A stretch of DNA of 63,966 nucleotides, the filler included, from a bacterium (lineage in GTDB: Bacteria > UBA9089 > CG2-30-40-21 > SBAY01), in NCBI GenBank assembly GCA_040757115.1. It is 7 parts of 7 records of this genome, joined end to end, with 100 filler letters (N's around TTAATTAATTAA, not from the genome) between each part and the next. Parts side by side here need not be neighbours in the genome. Positions count along the whole stretch, not along the records: positions 59,114 to 63,966 come from JBFLYA010000275.1; 6 more parts are not named here. One strand, given 5' to 3'. This document shows positions 63,768-63,966 of this stretch, piece after piece (position 1 is the first letter of the stretch; the number at the start of each line of letters is the position of its first letter). Below the pieces are notes generated by a model that saw only the letters and a list, made by a program, of their open reading frames with translations, was not told where the DNA came from and did no database searches. Position numbers and translations under genes: made by a program.

Positions 63768-63966
63768 AGTAACTCAACCATCCCTGGTGTACATGTTTAG
63801 CGTGGTCAGAGAGCACAAATGAATGGTACTGACTTAGTGCGAAACCACTTCAAACACAACAAGTTGTGTAATACAAAATCAAAATTTAAATATTAAAATG
63901 CAAAATGACATATCAAATATCATATCAAAAATCAAAGAGCAAATATCAAAATTAAGGAATTCTTTT

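Overview
Low-GC bacterial sequence, probably a metagenome-assembled genome. It is not one continuous locus. One >29 kb contig is followed by five contigs of 5829-5841 bp and a partial sixth, all joined by artificial 100-bp N spacers containing TTAATTAATTAA, so adjacency across the gaps carries no meaning. Housekeeping genes include serS, maf, motA, argJ/argD/argF, tyrA, atpF/atpH/atpA, purL, comEC, tRNA-Leu(GAG) and an alaS fragment. Main points: (1) an integrase-less integron cassette array with ~130-bp attC sites, carrying a HEPN/nucleotidyltransferase, a small protein + aspartyl protease pair, a UG/Abi-type YRDD reverse transcriptase and BrnTA, plus a second HicAB cassette on another contig; (2) an archaeal-type O-phosphoseryl-tRNA synthetase; (3) a dense, nested set of intergenic mini-elements with IS66-, IS1- and IS630-type ends, whose cargo includes internally deleted GxxExxY and four-helix-bundle genes; (4) a ~52-bp structured repeat with covarying stems that builds cassette-like non-coding arrays at AGGAG ribosome-binding sites; (5) a cobalamin riboswitch, a type IIG-like restriction-modification enzyme, a TA pair inside the atp operon, and several IS remnants. 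All family assignments come from motif recognition by eye; no database searches were run.
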